Source of the DNA: Pseudomonadota bacterium
Lineage (GTDB): Bacteria; Bdellovibrionota_B; Oligoflexia; Silvanigrellales; Silvanigrellaceae
DNA: 64,000 nucleotides
NCBI GenBank assembly: GCA_039799905.1
Contig: JBDLRP010000034.1
Location: 64,001 to 128,000 of the forward strand
Reading direction: 5' to 3'
The position numbers and the translations under genes are program-made. The notes under the pieces were generated by a model. The model had not been told where the DNA came from and ran no database searches. It saw only the letters and a program-made list of their open reading frames with translations. The first letter of the stretch is position 1, and each line of letters starts with the position of its first letter. Shown here piece after piece: positions 18,778-28,480 of this stretch.

Positions 18778-20874
18778 ATGTTTAACTTGAGGGATTCATT
18801 ATCATTGCTGTTTTTTAACAAAAAAAACCGGTCATCAAACGATTCGAAACCAGCAGGAGGAGTACGCGAGGGCGGTTACCTCCTCATTCTTTTCAGTATT
18901 TTGTCCTTTGCGCTGATTTCGTTCTACCTGCTGGGGCAGAAAACAGTTCAGCCCGAGCCGTTGAGTTTTTCCTATTTCGTCGAGCCGATCGGCCGAGAGA
19001 TGTCGGTCGGCGAGGCTGCCGAAAAACTGCGGGCTGGTGAGTTTAAACCTTATGACAAGAGCAAAGAGACTCTTGAACTTGGGTATATGCGGGAGGGGGT
19101 CTGGGTTCTCATGCGATTCTCGAATCCGCCTGAGAGCACAGTCGATCGGTTCGTGTTGCAATTGCGTCATACGTATATAAACGGATCTTTTACCCCCTTG
19201 GCTGTCACGACAGGCAACGGCGGATTTGCTCTTGGCGAAACCATTCCTTTCAACGACAAACTCTTGCCGAGTACACAAGGATTTTACGACATCCGTCACG
19301 TTTCTTTTCCGCTCAGCGTTCAACCCGCGGGAGAATTTCGCGCATTGGTGCGCCTGCGCGCCCACGTGATGAGTGTTCCATTTCTAGTTTTGAGCGAGCG
19401 TGAGTTTCTCAGCTCGATCATTCGGGAAATGGTAGTGATGGCTTCGTTTTTTGGAGGACTGATGTTGCTTGCAGTGTACAACCTCATGGTTGGTGCCGCA
19501 CGCAGGGAAGTTGAGTTCATTTTTTACGGATTCTACGTTTCATTCATCAGTCTGATGATTGCCGCCATCAACGGCAGCGGGCATATGTTTATTTGGCCGG
19601 ATTTACTTTGGCTTCACTATAATTCGGCAAATATTTTAACCAATCTGTGCTGCATCAGCTACCTCGCCTTCACACTGGCTTTGTTTCGCGGCGCTCCGAT
19701 GCAAGCGTGGGAGAGGGGTGTCTGGCGCGGTTTGCTCGGCGTCTGTTTTGCAGGATTGCTTCTTCAGGTTTTTGAGGGTGGTTTTTTCGCGTCAATACAG
19801 GCAAATCTGGCCGTACTTGCAACCCTATGTCTTTCGCTCGTGAGGGCCTGGAGGGTGAGGCCAGTGTTCGGACGACTTGCCAATCTGTTTCTCATTTCCG
19901 AGGGAATGCTTTTCATTGGTGCGGGTGTTTACTGCATTAAGATGTTCGGCTGGCTGCCCTCAACTCCTTTCACCATTAATATTGTTACGCTGGCCGCGAC
20001 TCTGGAGGGAATTCTATTGTCCTTCGTTCTATCTGAAAAAATGCGCAGGACGATGTCGGAAAAGGAACACGCGCTGGGGCAACTCGCCGAGGCACAGAAG
20101 CATCTGGAGGCAAGCGTTCGCGACCGTACGCTTGCGTTGGCCGCACGATATACCTCACACGAGGTGCTCAATCCGGTCTTTGCACTGCGATTGAAGGCCG
20201 AAAGAATACGCGATGAAATTTTGCTTGGTGCCAGCGAAGACGAAGTTCGCAACTTTCCCCCGGCGTCGTCGATTCTCAAGAAAGTCGGAGAAATGTTTCG
20301 GCTGATTGATTCAATTATCCATACGATCAGAGCTATCAAAACACTTTCCGGAGATGGTCTGCGGGAGGAGGTTCAGGCAGTCAGCATCGAGGCGGCACTC
20401 GACGATGCTCTTCGCATGCTCGAGGCAAAAACGCTGAGTGTTCGACCCGAGATTACCGCCGACTTTCAGAATGATGCGCGTGTATTTGCCCGGCGCAGTG
20501 ATGTCGTTCAAATTTTGATGAACCTCATCTCGAATTCCCTCGACGCCTTGGTGGAAAGCGAGCGGCCTTGGATAAAGGTCAACGCTCGTCTGGCGGTGAA
20601 CCAAAAGTCAGGTGAATCGAGTGTTTTGGAGATCAGCGTTTTGGACAGTGGTCAGGGGCCGCGCAAAGACATCCGTGACCAGCTTTTTAACGAAGGGGTC
20701 AGTACCAAGGACGCATCTCATGGGATGGGCTTGGGACTTGCCTTTTGTCAAAAACTTGCGCAGCGCAATGGTGGATTTGTCGGCTATGACGCTTCGCATC
20801 CGCAGACGAGATTTTTCTTTGTGCTTCCAGTTTTACTTGCAGACAGAGATGATCTCAGCCGACGTGCGGCCTGA
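18778..20874 (+). CDS. 7TM-DISM sensor histidine kinase
   Basis: Periplasmic DISM-like domain (LELGY..EGVW) and 7 TM segments; H-box SHEVLNP, N-box NLISNSLDA, DSGQG, GMGLGL. Start uncertain. Confidence 0.85.
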   Translation: MFNLRDSLSLLFFNKKNRSSNDSKPAGGVREGGYLLILFSILSFALISFYLLGQKTVQPEPLSFSYFVEPIGREMSVGEAAEKLRAGEFKPYDKSKETLELGYMREGVWVLMRFSNPPESTVDRFVLQLRHTYINGSFTPLAVTTGNGGFALGETIPFNDKLLPSTQGFYDIRHVSFPLSVQPAGEFRALVRLRAHVMSVPFLVLSEREFLSSIIREMVVMASFFGGLMLLAVYNLMVGAARREVEFIFYGFYVSFISLMIAAINGSGHMFIWPDLLWLHYNSANILTNLCCISYLAFTLALFRGAPMQAWERGVWRGLLGVCFAGLLLQVFEGGFFASIQANLAVLATLCLSLVRAWRVRPVFGRLANLFLISEGMLFIGAGVYCIKMFGWLPSTPFTINIVTLAATLEGILLSFVLSEKMRRTMSEKEHALGQLAEAQKHLEASVRDRTLALAARYTSHEVLNPVFALRLKAERIRDEILLGASEDEVRNFPPASSILKKVGEMFRLIDSIIHTIRAIKTLSGDGLREEVQAVSIEAALDDALRMLEAKTLSVRPEITADFQNDARVFARRSDVVQILMNLISNSLDALVESERPWIKVNARLAVNQKSGESSVLEISVLDSGQGPRKDIRDQLFNEGVSTKDASHGMGLGLAFCQKLAQRNGGFVGYDASHPQTRFFFVLPVLLADRDDLSRRAA

Positions 20875-20882
20875 TTCGCAGT

Positions 20883-22106
20883 TCAGAGGCGTCCTTTGAG
20901 CATCAGGTTCCAATACAAAATCGGCATAAGTGTTTTATTGAAATGCCAAAGTGCGCGGCCTGTGGAAAAAGGATCACCGTAGAAGCTTGGCAACAGTTTT
21001 CCGTCGTAACCAATTTCAGGATGCATCGCCTGACCAACTTCAGTGAAGATTGGACAGCAGGAGTAACCATTGTAGTGCGCAGGAAGGGGAACCTGTGCCC
21101 CTTTTCGGAACAGTGAGACAATATTTTGGGCAACAACGCTGGCCTGCGCACGCGCAGCAGAACCCGTCTTGAGGGTCGGCAGTCCAGCGGCGTCGCCGAG
21201 CCCGAAAATGTTTATGTAGCGGGCATGCTGGAGAGTCAGCGGATGAACTTCAAGCCAGTTTTTGAATTGCCCATCCGCATGATGCAAATTTGACTCGATG
21301 ATGAACTGCGGCGCTTTCATTTGTGGTGTGATGTTTGCAAAATCATACTTGACGCTTTTTATTTTCCGCTCTGCCGCCGCTTCAGTTCGTGCTGTCAGTA
21401 TCAGCTCCTGATTGCGAGTGTCTATTTGCGTGACCTCGTGTTCGTACAAAACGTCGATTCCACGGTTGCGGGTCAGGTGGTTGATTTTTTGCGAGAAGCC
21501 CGGGATCCCAAAGAGATGAGAATAAGGCGTAATAAAAATGAGACGGGTCACATCGCGTGCGCCAGACTTTCTCAATATATCATCAGTCATATAGAGCATC
21601 TTGAGCGGTGCCGATGGACATTTCATCGGGGTTGAGGGAATCGCAAAAACCATCGTTCCACCCAGAAACTGCCCCACCAACGCGGAGCATTTTTCCAATT
21701 GGTTCGGGTCATAAACCGAACAGACGGGATGACGTCTGTCGTGAAGGGCCTCGTTCAATCCGGAGATCGCCTCGACGTCGAGTGTCAGGCCTGGTGCTAC
21801 AACTAGAGCACGGTATTGGATCTTTTCGCCGCCACTGAGGCTCACCTGTCGTTGGTCTGCATCGATGATCGAGACGGCATCTCGGATCCACTCGCATCCT
21901 TCGGGAATCACCGCCGACATTGGACGCTGACTGCTCTTGGCGTCAGACAAGCCGCTTGCAACAAGTGAGAAAGCCGGCTGGAAATAGTGGCTTCCAGAGG
22001 GGTCAACGATGGCAATTTTCAGCACTCGCAGTTCGCGCTTGAGGCGCGCTGCGACAGTGATACCGGCTGTGCCTCCACCAATGATGACAACGTCAAACCC
22101 CTTCAT
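20883..22106 (-). CDS. sqr: Sulfide:quinone oxidoreductase, type II-like
   Basis: GGGTAG FAD motif, HYFQP, KCPSAP, FGLGD, YNGYSCCP, LYWNLMLKG. Confidence 0.85.
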   Translation of the reverse strand: MKGFDVVIIGGGTAGITVAARLKRELRVLKIAIVDPSGSHYFQPAFSLVASGLSDAKSSQRPMSAVIPEGCEWIRDAVSIIDADQRQVSLSGGEKIQYRALVVAPGLTLDVEAISGLNEALHDRRHPVCSVYDPNQLEKCSALVGQFLGGTMVFAIPSTPMKCPSAPLKMLYMTDDILRKSGARDVTRLIFITPYSHLFGIPGFSQKINHLTRNRGIDVLYEHEVTQIDTRNQELILTARTEAAAERKIKSVKYDFANITPQMKAPQFIIESNLHHADGQFKNWLEVHPLTLQHARYINIFGLGDAAGLPTLKTGSAARAQASVVAQNIVSLFRKGAQVPLPAHYNGYSCCPIFTEVGQAMHPEIGYDGKLLPSFYGDPFSTGRALWHFNKTLMPILYWNLMLKGRL

Positions 22107-22292
22107 GATGCAATCCCCTCAAGTGTAGGGTTCGGTGTGGCAACAGGGCATAATAAATGAAGTTTTAATGTCCAGTTTTTCCCCCTATTTACGAGTTTCG
22201 TTTTGAGCCTGCCTTACTGCGGTTATTGTCACAAAAAAACCGTCAAGGTCGCCTCAACCGGCGGCGATACCTCCTTCACGCACGGAGGAAAT

Positions 22293-23153
22293 ATGAATTT
22301 TTCAAAACATGTTTTACTGAAGTATTTCTGCATTGCTGTCTCCTGTTCATCTCTTTTTGCGTGCAAGAAAAGCCCCGACAATACGGCTGAAAATGGCGAC
22401 GCAGACGTTGCCTTTGCTCCAGTTGCCGTCGGCGCAGCATATGGAGTCAGTGTCGCAGTTGAAGCCGCAGTCGCAGCTTCCGCTGTTTATGCAATTGACT
22501 GCACTCGTCCTGTCGCGGCCGGTGAAGTCCGTTTTTTTTGTGAGGGCGGTATGAAGTTAGGACAGGCTGCCGTCGGGCTTGTTGTCCGCTCAGTGCAGTC
22601 GCTGACCTCCGCACTCCACTGGTCAACGGCAAACGTTTTGGATTACCTCCGCACTTTGGCAGCGCTGAGGTCCAATACATTGTTGAAGTCAGCACTCATT
22701 GGCACATCGGCTCAATCGGGAATCGCGACAGCTAAAATTTCACCCGCGATTCCATCAGAAAGTGGCCGTAAGAATCTTGCATATGGCGTCAAGCAGTCGG
22801 TGCGGATTGAAGACAGGCAGAAGCGGACTTGCAATTACGTTGCCCAATATGAAGCTCGTCTGATGCCGCGCGACTATAAGGGGAATTGGATGAGCGGAAC
22901 TTCGATGCGTTTCTTCTCGAGAGCGCCTTCGGCAGAATCTGCAGAAGCCATGGCGTTGCATTTGTGCGAAGAATATTCAACGGTACATTTTAAAGTGGCA
23001 CCTGGTGTTGCAGGAATCCCACGCAACACAAACGCTTGCAGGAAGCCCAGCTCTTCGGGTGCGTACAAAGAAAAATACCGCACGGCTGATATTGCGTGTC
23101 CGGGAGTCAGGGCATGTTCCAGCGAGACGGATTGTTTTGATCTTCCATTGTGA
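22293..23153 (+). CDS. Hypothetical Cys-rich lipoprotein
   Basis: GGAGG SD; lipobox LFAC; Ala/Val-rich hydrophobic segment. Confidence 0.6.
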   Translation: MNFSKHVLLKYFCIAVSCSSLFACKKSPDNTAENGDADVAFAPVAVGAAYGVSVAVEAAVAASAVYAIDCTRPVAAGEVRFFCEGGMKLGQAAVGLVVRSVQSLTSALHWSTANVLDYLRTLAALRSNTLLKSALIGTSAQSGIATAKISPAIPSESGRKNLAYGVKQSVRIEDRQKRTCNYVAQYEARLMPRDYKGNWMSGTSMRFFSRAPSAESAEAMALHLCEEYSTVHFKVAPGVAGIPRNTNACRKPSSSGAYKEKYRTADIACPGVRACSSETDCFDLPL

Positions 23154-23159
23154 AGGAGG

Positions 23160-24494
23160 TCAAGACCTTGGAATTTCGCCCGCATTAAACAACGCAAGCA
23201 TGGAAATGTCGTACGTCAGGTTGCTCCAGTCTGTGACACTCGAGGATACGACACGAGTGCTATTCGGTTTGGAGAGTATATTTTCGGCTTCAATGATGAT
23301 ATTTGCCGCATGAACAGAGGTCTGCAGACGCTCATAAAACTGATCTTCGGGCAAGTTTAGCTCGTTGAGTCTCCGCAAAATATTCTCGCTTGTGAAAAAT
23401 AAACCTGCACCCGCGGGAAGATTCTGTTGACTTTGCGCAGACCAGTCATGCGTTGTGCTGATTCGTAGGGCTGGCAGACGCGTCGGGTTGATTTTCCCTT
23501 TCACATCCGAAAGATTACCAAAAAGGAGCGGTGCCGGCATTCCGGCGCAATGCCACTTGGCAATGCCTGACTTGCGCGCGAGTTCGCCGATGGTGAAACA
23601 GATCTCGTCGTTTTCGGTCAGCAGATGGGCCAAGCTCGAGATACACTGTGAAAAATATTGGATGAGGTCAGAGAACGACGTCAGTGCAGATGTATGCTCA
23701 AAGAAGCGCAATTGCGCGGCTAAACTCGAAACCAAAGCAATTGTGCGTGACGATGAATGGTTGTTGTCGTTCGGGTTGATCTTCAAAAATATAAAGCGGT
23801 ACAACTCCAGGGTGGGATTGTGATGCAAAAATAAGTGTTCACTGGAATCATTGCTGCTGGGCATACTGAACCCTCGCAGGGTCTGGGCAAAAACAAACGG
23901 TGACTGCGCTTGGTAGATCGCGCCGCCTAGTCTTCTGCCAAGGACATTTTCAGCCTGTTTTTCCCACACCTCTTTGAACAGTATGTGTTCTTCACGCAGG
24001 CTCATGGCCTGAGTAACAGCGGTGCTGAATGCTTCAGTGACTTGCCCGACGATAGGTTGAGTGGCGGGAGAGGGTTGTTCCTTGTGATAGACCAATATTT
24101 CGATCGCGTGTTTGTGAAGTTCAAAGGGCACAATCACATGGGTTTTGAAGAGCTCTTCACGCGAGGTTTCCACCGGTCGCGTTTGGCTTGGCATCAGCAC
24201 CCGGTTTTGTAGTCGATAAAAAGCATCAATCTTGAACGTGGGGTCCGGCAACCAGAGATGCGAGACACTGACGTCGATGTGCAGATGCGCTGCAACTGGC
24301 TGAAGCTGGATGAGCCCCTGACAGATCGCATTTGTTGCGTGTCGTGCAAAGGTTTCAAAATTCATCGCCGGCGACAGATGTGAAAGATGTCGTGGCACCG
24401 AAGTGAAAGCCTTGAACCACGCATCCCATGGCACCACGACCTGACTTTCACTTTGTTTACCGAAGATTTCGCTGATAAGCGTTTTCATTTGCAC
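23160..24494 (-). CDS. Hypothetical protein, possible degenerate SpoIIE/PP2C-like domain
   Basis: 444 aa; HCAGMPAPLL, LFFTSE and YDISMLAL resemble PP2C motifs without the usual Asp residues. Confidence 0.45.
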   Translation of the reverse strand: MQMKTLISEIFGKQSESQVVVPWDAWFKAFTSVPRHLSHLSPAMNFETFARHATNAICQGLIQLQPVAAHLHIDVSVSHLWLPDPTFKIDAFYRLQNRVLMPSQTRPVETSREELFKTHVIVPFELHKHAIEILVYHKEQPSPATQPIVGQVTEAFSTAVTQAMSLREEHILFKEVWEKQAENVLGRRLGGAIYQAQSPFVFAQTLRGFSMPSSNDSSEHLFLHHNPTLELYRFIFLKINPNDNNHSSSRTIALVSSLAAQLRFFEHTSALTSFSDLIQYFSQCISSLAHLLTENDEICFTIGELARKSGIAKWHCAGMPAPLLFGNLSDVKGKINPTRLPALRISTTHDWSAQSQQNLPAGAGLFFTSENILRRLNELNLPEDQFYERLQTSVHAANIIIEAENILSKPNSTRVVSSSVTDWSNLTYDISMLALFNAGEIPRS

Positions 24495-24536
24495 CCTCGC
24501 TCAAGCCGATGCGGTCAACCGTTGTTGCTTCCCGGC

Positions 24537-25640
24537 TCATTCCTTCCGAGCTGTCGGAGACTCGGGCTGGGTATTCTCCGTTTCACTTCTGACCTCGGCC
24601 CAGACGGTATCAATTTGTTCGCTCGCCGCCCCCAAATCAGTGAGCAGCTCAAGTCGGCTTTCAACCTCTTTCGGTGGATAAATAGCGACGTTGCCAAGCT
24701 CGTCCGCAGGCAGCATGTCGCGGGCCGACTGGTTGGTGGTCGCGTAGTGGATTGACAGCGCGATGCGTTGGTTGACTTCGGGTGTCATTACAAAGTTGAT
24801 GAATTCTGCTGCGAGTGCGGCGTTGGGTGCCCCCGTCGGTATAGCAAGGTTGTCTACCCAAAGTGTTGCGCCGTCTTCGGGTATAACATAGCGCAGTTCG
24901 GGGTTGGTTTTCTGCATTTTGACAACGTCGCCGCTGTACGCCTGCGCCATCCAAAGGTCGCCGGAGGCAAGCAAATCTTTGTAACTCATTGTGTCAAATC
25001 GGCTGATCAGCGGCTTGAGAGCAATGACTTTTTGCTTGGCGAGGGAAAGCTCCTCACGGACGGTGGAATTGAGCGAGTGGCCGTTTGACTTGAGTGCCGC
25101 GCCCAAGACTTCGCGGGGGTCGTCGAGCAGACTGAGACGTTTTGCTGCGGGCTGTGTAAAAGCGGGGTCAAAAAACTCTTTCCACGTTTTTGGAGGATTG
25201 CTGATTTTTGCTGAGTTATATGCAAAACCAGTGGTTCCCCACATATAGGGAACGGTGTACTCCAGTTGCGGGTCATAGCCCACGCTGCGGAACTGCTCAG
25301 CCAGATGGGACAAATTCGGAATTTTTTCCTTCGGCAGTTTCATTAACAGATTTTCCTGCCGCATGGTGGTTATCATGTAGTCCGAGGGAACGATGACGTC
25401 GTAACCTCCGCCGCCCGCCTTGAGTTTTGAGATCATCACTTCATTGGAGGGAAAATTCTCTTCGATGACTTTGACCGAGTATTTTGTCTCGAACTCTTTG
25501 ATAATTCCTTTGTCAATGTAGTCGGTCCAGACGTACAAACGTAGTGTTTGCTTGGCTCCAGCCGAGTTGTTCTGCATGTAGGTCAGTGCTGCTACGGCCG
25601 CGATTCCGGCGCCGGCGGCAACTGTCAGTGTCTTCTTCAT
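24537..25640 (-). CDS. potD: Spermidine/putrescine ABC transporter substrate-binding protein
   Basis: WTDYI, GYDVIVPSDY, PYMWGTTG, YSGD, WVDNLAIP. Confidence 0.93.
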   Translation of the reverse strand: MKKTLTVAAGAGIAAVAALTYMQNNSAGAKQTLRLYVWTDYIDKGIIKEFETKYSVKVIEENFPSNEVMISKLKAGGGGYDVIVPSDYMITTMRQENLLMKLPKEKIPNLSHLAEQFRSVGYDPQLEYTVPYMWGTTGFAYNSAKISNPPKTWKEFFDPAFTQPAAKRLSLLDDPREVLGAALKSNGHSLNSTVREELSLAKQKVIALKPLISRFDTMSYKDLLASGDLWMAQAYSGDVVKMQKTNPELRYVIPEDGATLWVDNLAIPTGAPNAALAAEFINFVMTPEVNQRIALSIHYATTNQSARDMLPADELGNVAIYPPKEVESRLELLTDLGAASEQIDTVWAEVRSETENTQPESPTARKE

Positions 25641-25667
25641 TGCAAATCCCTTTCAGCGTGAATTCAC

Positions 25668-26495
25668 TCAATTCGTCTTACGATTGAGGAAAAGCCCCAT
25701 TGTAAAAAATCCCAGCGCTATAAACAGTAAAATGGATGATACCACGTTGATTTCCGGTGTCATCGCTCTGCGGCCCTGAAGTGACCAAATGTAGAGCGGC
25801 AGGGTCTGCAATGAACTGCCTCCCGTCGATAAAAAGTAACTGACGTAGAAGTCATCCAAAGAGACTGCGAATGAAATACAGGCTGCTGCTGCAAGTGCGG
25901 GCGCGATTTGCGGCAGCAGCACATGCTGAAAAATATCCCAGCGACTGGCACCCAAATCTCGTGCTGCAAGCTCCTGTTGGATGTCATAGTTTTTGAATCT
26001 GGTGCGCAGGATGAGTGCTGCGTATCCAAGCGCTAGCGTTGTATGTCCAAGTACAACGGCCGTCAGGGATGATATTGGAATGCCAAGTTGCAAGGCGGTC
26101 GGTCGGAAGACCCGTACTGTCATCACGAGGAGCCCTATCGCTATCACAATCTCGGGAATGAAGAGTGGAAGACTGATGAGCGAGTCGGATGCGCCTGCAA
26201 GACGCTTTCCCGCATTTCGGTGTGCCCAGAATGCATATAGAAAACCGAGCAACACAGCCAGCAGTGAGCTTATCATCGCAACTGCGAGACTGTTGAAAAG
26301 TGCGGTGAGCAGTGCGTCGTTGGCAAGTGCCTCCGCGTACCAGCGCAGCGAGAACCCCTCCCAGCGGAGTGCGAAAGCGCCTGCATTGAAACCATAAAAA
26401 AACAACGACGCTATCGGCAGATAGAGAAGAATCAAGACACAGATGCTCCAGCCGGCAAGCAGCCTGCTGTTCACCCGATTTGTAGTAGAGACCAT
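25668..26495 (-). CDS. potC: Spermidine/putrescine ABC permease
   Basis: LYLPI, AARDLGA, SLDDF, TPEIN. Confidence 0.9.
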   Translation of the reverse strand: MVSTTNRVNSRLLAGWSICVLILLYLPIASLFFYGFNAGAFALRWEGFSLRWYAEALANDALLTALFNSLAVAMISSLLAVLLGFLYAFWAHRNAGKRLAGASDSLISLPLFIPEIVIAIGLLVMTVRVFRPTALQLGIPISSLTAVVLGHTTLALGYAALILRTRFKNYDIQQELAARDLGASRWDIFQHVLLPQIAPALAAAACISFAVSLDDFYVSYFLSTGGSSLQTLPLYIWSLQGRRAMTPEINVVSSILLFIALGFFTMGLFLNRKTN

Positions 26496-27322
26496 GTTGA
26501 TTTTTGTCCTGTGCCGCGGCGTGAGAGCATTTTTACTGCAATGAATATTGTTAGAACAGCGCATGTGAGCAGACAGACGCTGAGCGCCGCTCCAAACGGC
26601 CAGTTTGGTCGAGTGCTGCCGAGGAACTGGCTTTCAATCTGTGTTCCTAGCGTTGCCACCAATCCGCCGCCGATCATGCGCGGAATCAGATATTCACCCA
26701 GCATGGGGACGAAAACGAAAATGAAGCTGGCAATCAGTCCCGGAATGATTTCCGGCAAAACAATTTTACTCCAGCGCTGGAACAAAGACGCTCCCAAATC
26801 GGTGGCGGCGTCCAGTTGGTTTTGATCAAGCCGTTCAAAAACACTGAAAAGGGGCAAGATAATGAGAGGCAAATATCCGTAATAAAGGCTTATGAAGACA
26901 CCCGCGGGGCTGCTTGCCAGCGGGATGGCGTAGCCCACGGCGTTCAAAAATTGTGTGAGCATTCCTTCAGGTCTGATGAGAACGAACCACGCATAAATTC
27001 GGACAACGAAATTGATTCCGAGCGGGATGCAAAAGAAGGCCAGCCAAAAATTTTGTCTGTGGCGGCTTTGCCGCGAAATATACCAAGTGATTGGGATTGC
27101 AGTCACCAGGACGGCCGACGCCGCCAGCAACGAATTGACAACACTCGAGAGAATGATTCCTGCATAGGGTGGACTCAGTGCTCTGCCAAACTGGCTTAAA
27201 CCGAGTGTATCGTTGGCGTTGCCATATGAGTTTTGTTGGAGGCTCAAAAGTAGCAGCCACAGAAATGGCAGCATGACAAAGAGGACTATCCACAGTTTTG
27301 CCGGAAGTCCCGTCCACCTCAT
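26471..27322 (-). CDS. potB: Spermidine/putrescine ABC permease
   Basis: VRIYAW, AATDLGA, NWPFGAALS. Confidence 0.9.
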   Translation of the reverse strand: MRWTGLPAKLWIVLFVMLPFLWLLLLSLQQNSYGNANDTLGLSQFGRALSPPYAGIILSSVVNSLLAASAVLVTAIPITWYISRQSRHRQNFWLAFFCIPLGINFVVRIYAWFVLIRPEGMLTQFLNAVGYAIPLASSPAGVFISLYYGYLPLIILPLFSVFERLDQNQLDAATDLGASLFQRWSKIVLPEIIPGLIASFIFVFVPMLGEYLIPRMIGGGLVATLGTQIESQFLGSTRPNWPFGAALSVCLLTCAVLTIFIAVKMLSRRGTGQKSTWSLLQIG

Positions 27323-28425
27323 TGAACCGGACTCCGCCAGAAAAAAGGCAGCTTTGTGGCGCTGACTGTGAGCGCGACCGATGTTCCTGCGTCCAGTGGT
27401 GGTCTTGCCGAAACGGGAACGTCAATCGTAAGCGGCTGCTGATCGCTTTCTGAGAGATTCACAAAATAGCGAATTTGCGCACCAAGATACTGCCTCATCA
27501 AAATCACGCCCTTGAGGTGTTCAGCGCCGTTGGTTGCCAGCGGTTGGATTGTAAACTGTTCTGGTCTGACGAGTACGTCGCCGTTGCCTTTTTGATTGGC
27601 GGATAAGTTGGAACCAGCGCTCGTCTCGATTGAACTCAACTGGAATTCCGCAGATGAAAGCCGGCAGCGTGCGCGTGTTTCGGAGATGATCTCTGCGGCA
27701 AGGAAATTTGCGTTGCCAATAAACTGTGCGACAAACCTGTTGGCCGGCGTTTCATAAAGCTCTTCGGGTGACGCAATCTGCTGAAGCTCTCCACCGTTGA
27801 GAATCGCGATTCTGTCCGACATCGTGAATGCTTCTTCCTGATCGTGGGTCACGTATATGAAGGTCATTCCCAAGTGCCGCTGAAGTGCCTTCAATTCAAC
27901 CTGCATCTGTTTGCGGAGCTGGAGGTCTAAGGCACCGAGCGGCTCGTCGAGGAGAACAAGTTTGGGGCGCGGCGCAATGGCACGGGCGAGTGCGATGCGC
28001 TGCTGCTGACCTCCGGAAAGATCGCCTATCCGTCTTTGCGCGAATGAATCCATCCGCACCAACTCGAGCGATTCGCGAACCCGCTTTCGTATCTCATCTT
28101 CAGCACACTTTTGCATACGCAGACCAAAAGCGACGTTTTCGAAAACGTTCATATGCGGGAACAGGGCATAGTTTTGGAACACGAGATTCAAATCACGTTT
28201 ATTCGCCGGAAGCTGTGTGATGGGAGCTCCATTCCAAAACAGCTCGCCGGAAGCGGGCTTCAAAAATCCTGAAATAATTTTGAGAAGGGTTGTCTTTCCG
28301 CACCCTGACGGTCCAAGCAGAGAGAAGAACTCTCCTTCTCTAACCTCGAGGGAAATGTCATTCAGAACAGGACGGGAATCCAGCGCAGCGGAAAGATTTT
28401 TGATGGTCAGCAGAGGTGTTGTCAT
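27319..28425 (-). CDS. potA: Spermidine/putrescine ABC ATP-binding protein
   Basis: GPSGCGKTT, FQNYALFPH, LSGGQQQR, DEPLGALD; TOBE-like C-terminus. Confidence 0.93.
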   Translation of the reverse strand: MTTPLLTIKNLSAALDSRPVLNDISLEVREGEFFSLLGPSGCGKTTLLKIISGFLKPASGELFWNGAPITQLPANKRDLNLVFQNYALFPHMNVFENVAFGLRMQKCAEDEIRKRVRESLELVRMDSFAQRRIGDLSGGQQQRIALARAIAPRPKLVLLDEPLGALDLQLRKQMQVELKALQRHLGMTFIYVTHDQEEAFTMSDRIAILNGGELQQIASPEELYETPANRFVAQFIGNANFLAAEIISETRARCRLSSAEFQLSSIETSAGSNLSANQKGNGDVLVRPEQFTIQPLATNGAEHLKGVILMRQYLGAQIRYFVNLSESDQQPLTIDVPVSARPPLDAGTSVALTVSATKLPFFWRSPVQ

Positions 28426-28480
28426 GAAATTTGATTCACTTCACGAGACTTTTTCAACTTTATCTCCCGCAATTGAATTG

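Noticed and set aside
22243..22270. sigma28-like promoters (here, and near 3386-3408, 34245-34275, 55070-55097)
   Set aside because: Spacing or consensus is off in each case; cannot be supported without a genome-wide motif model.
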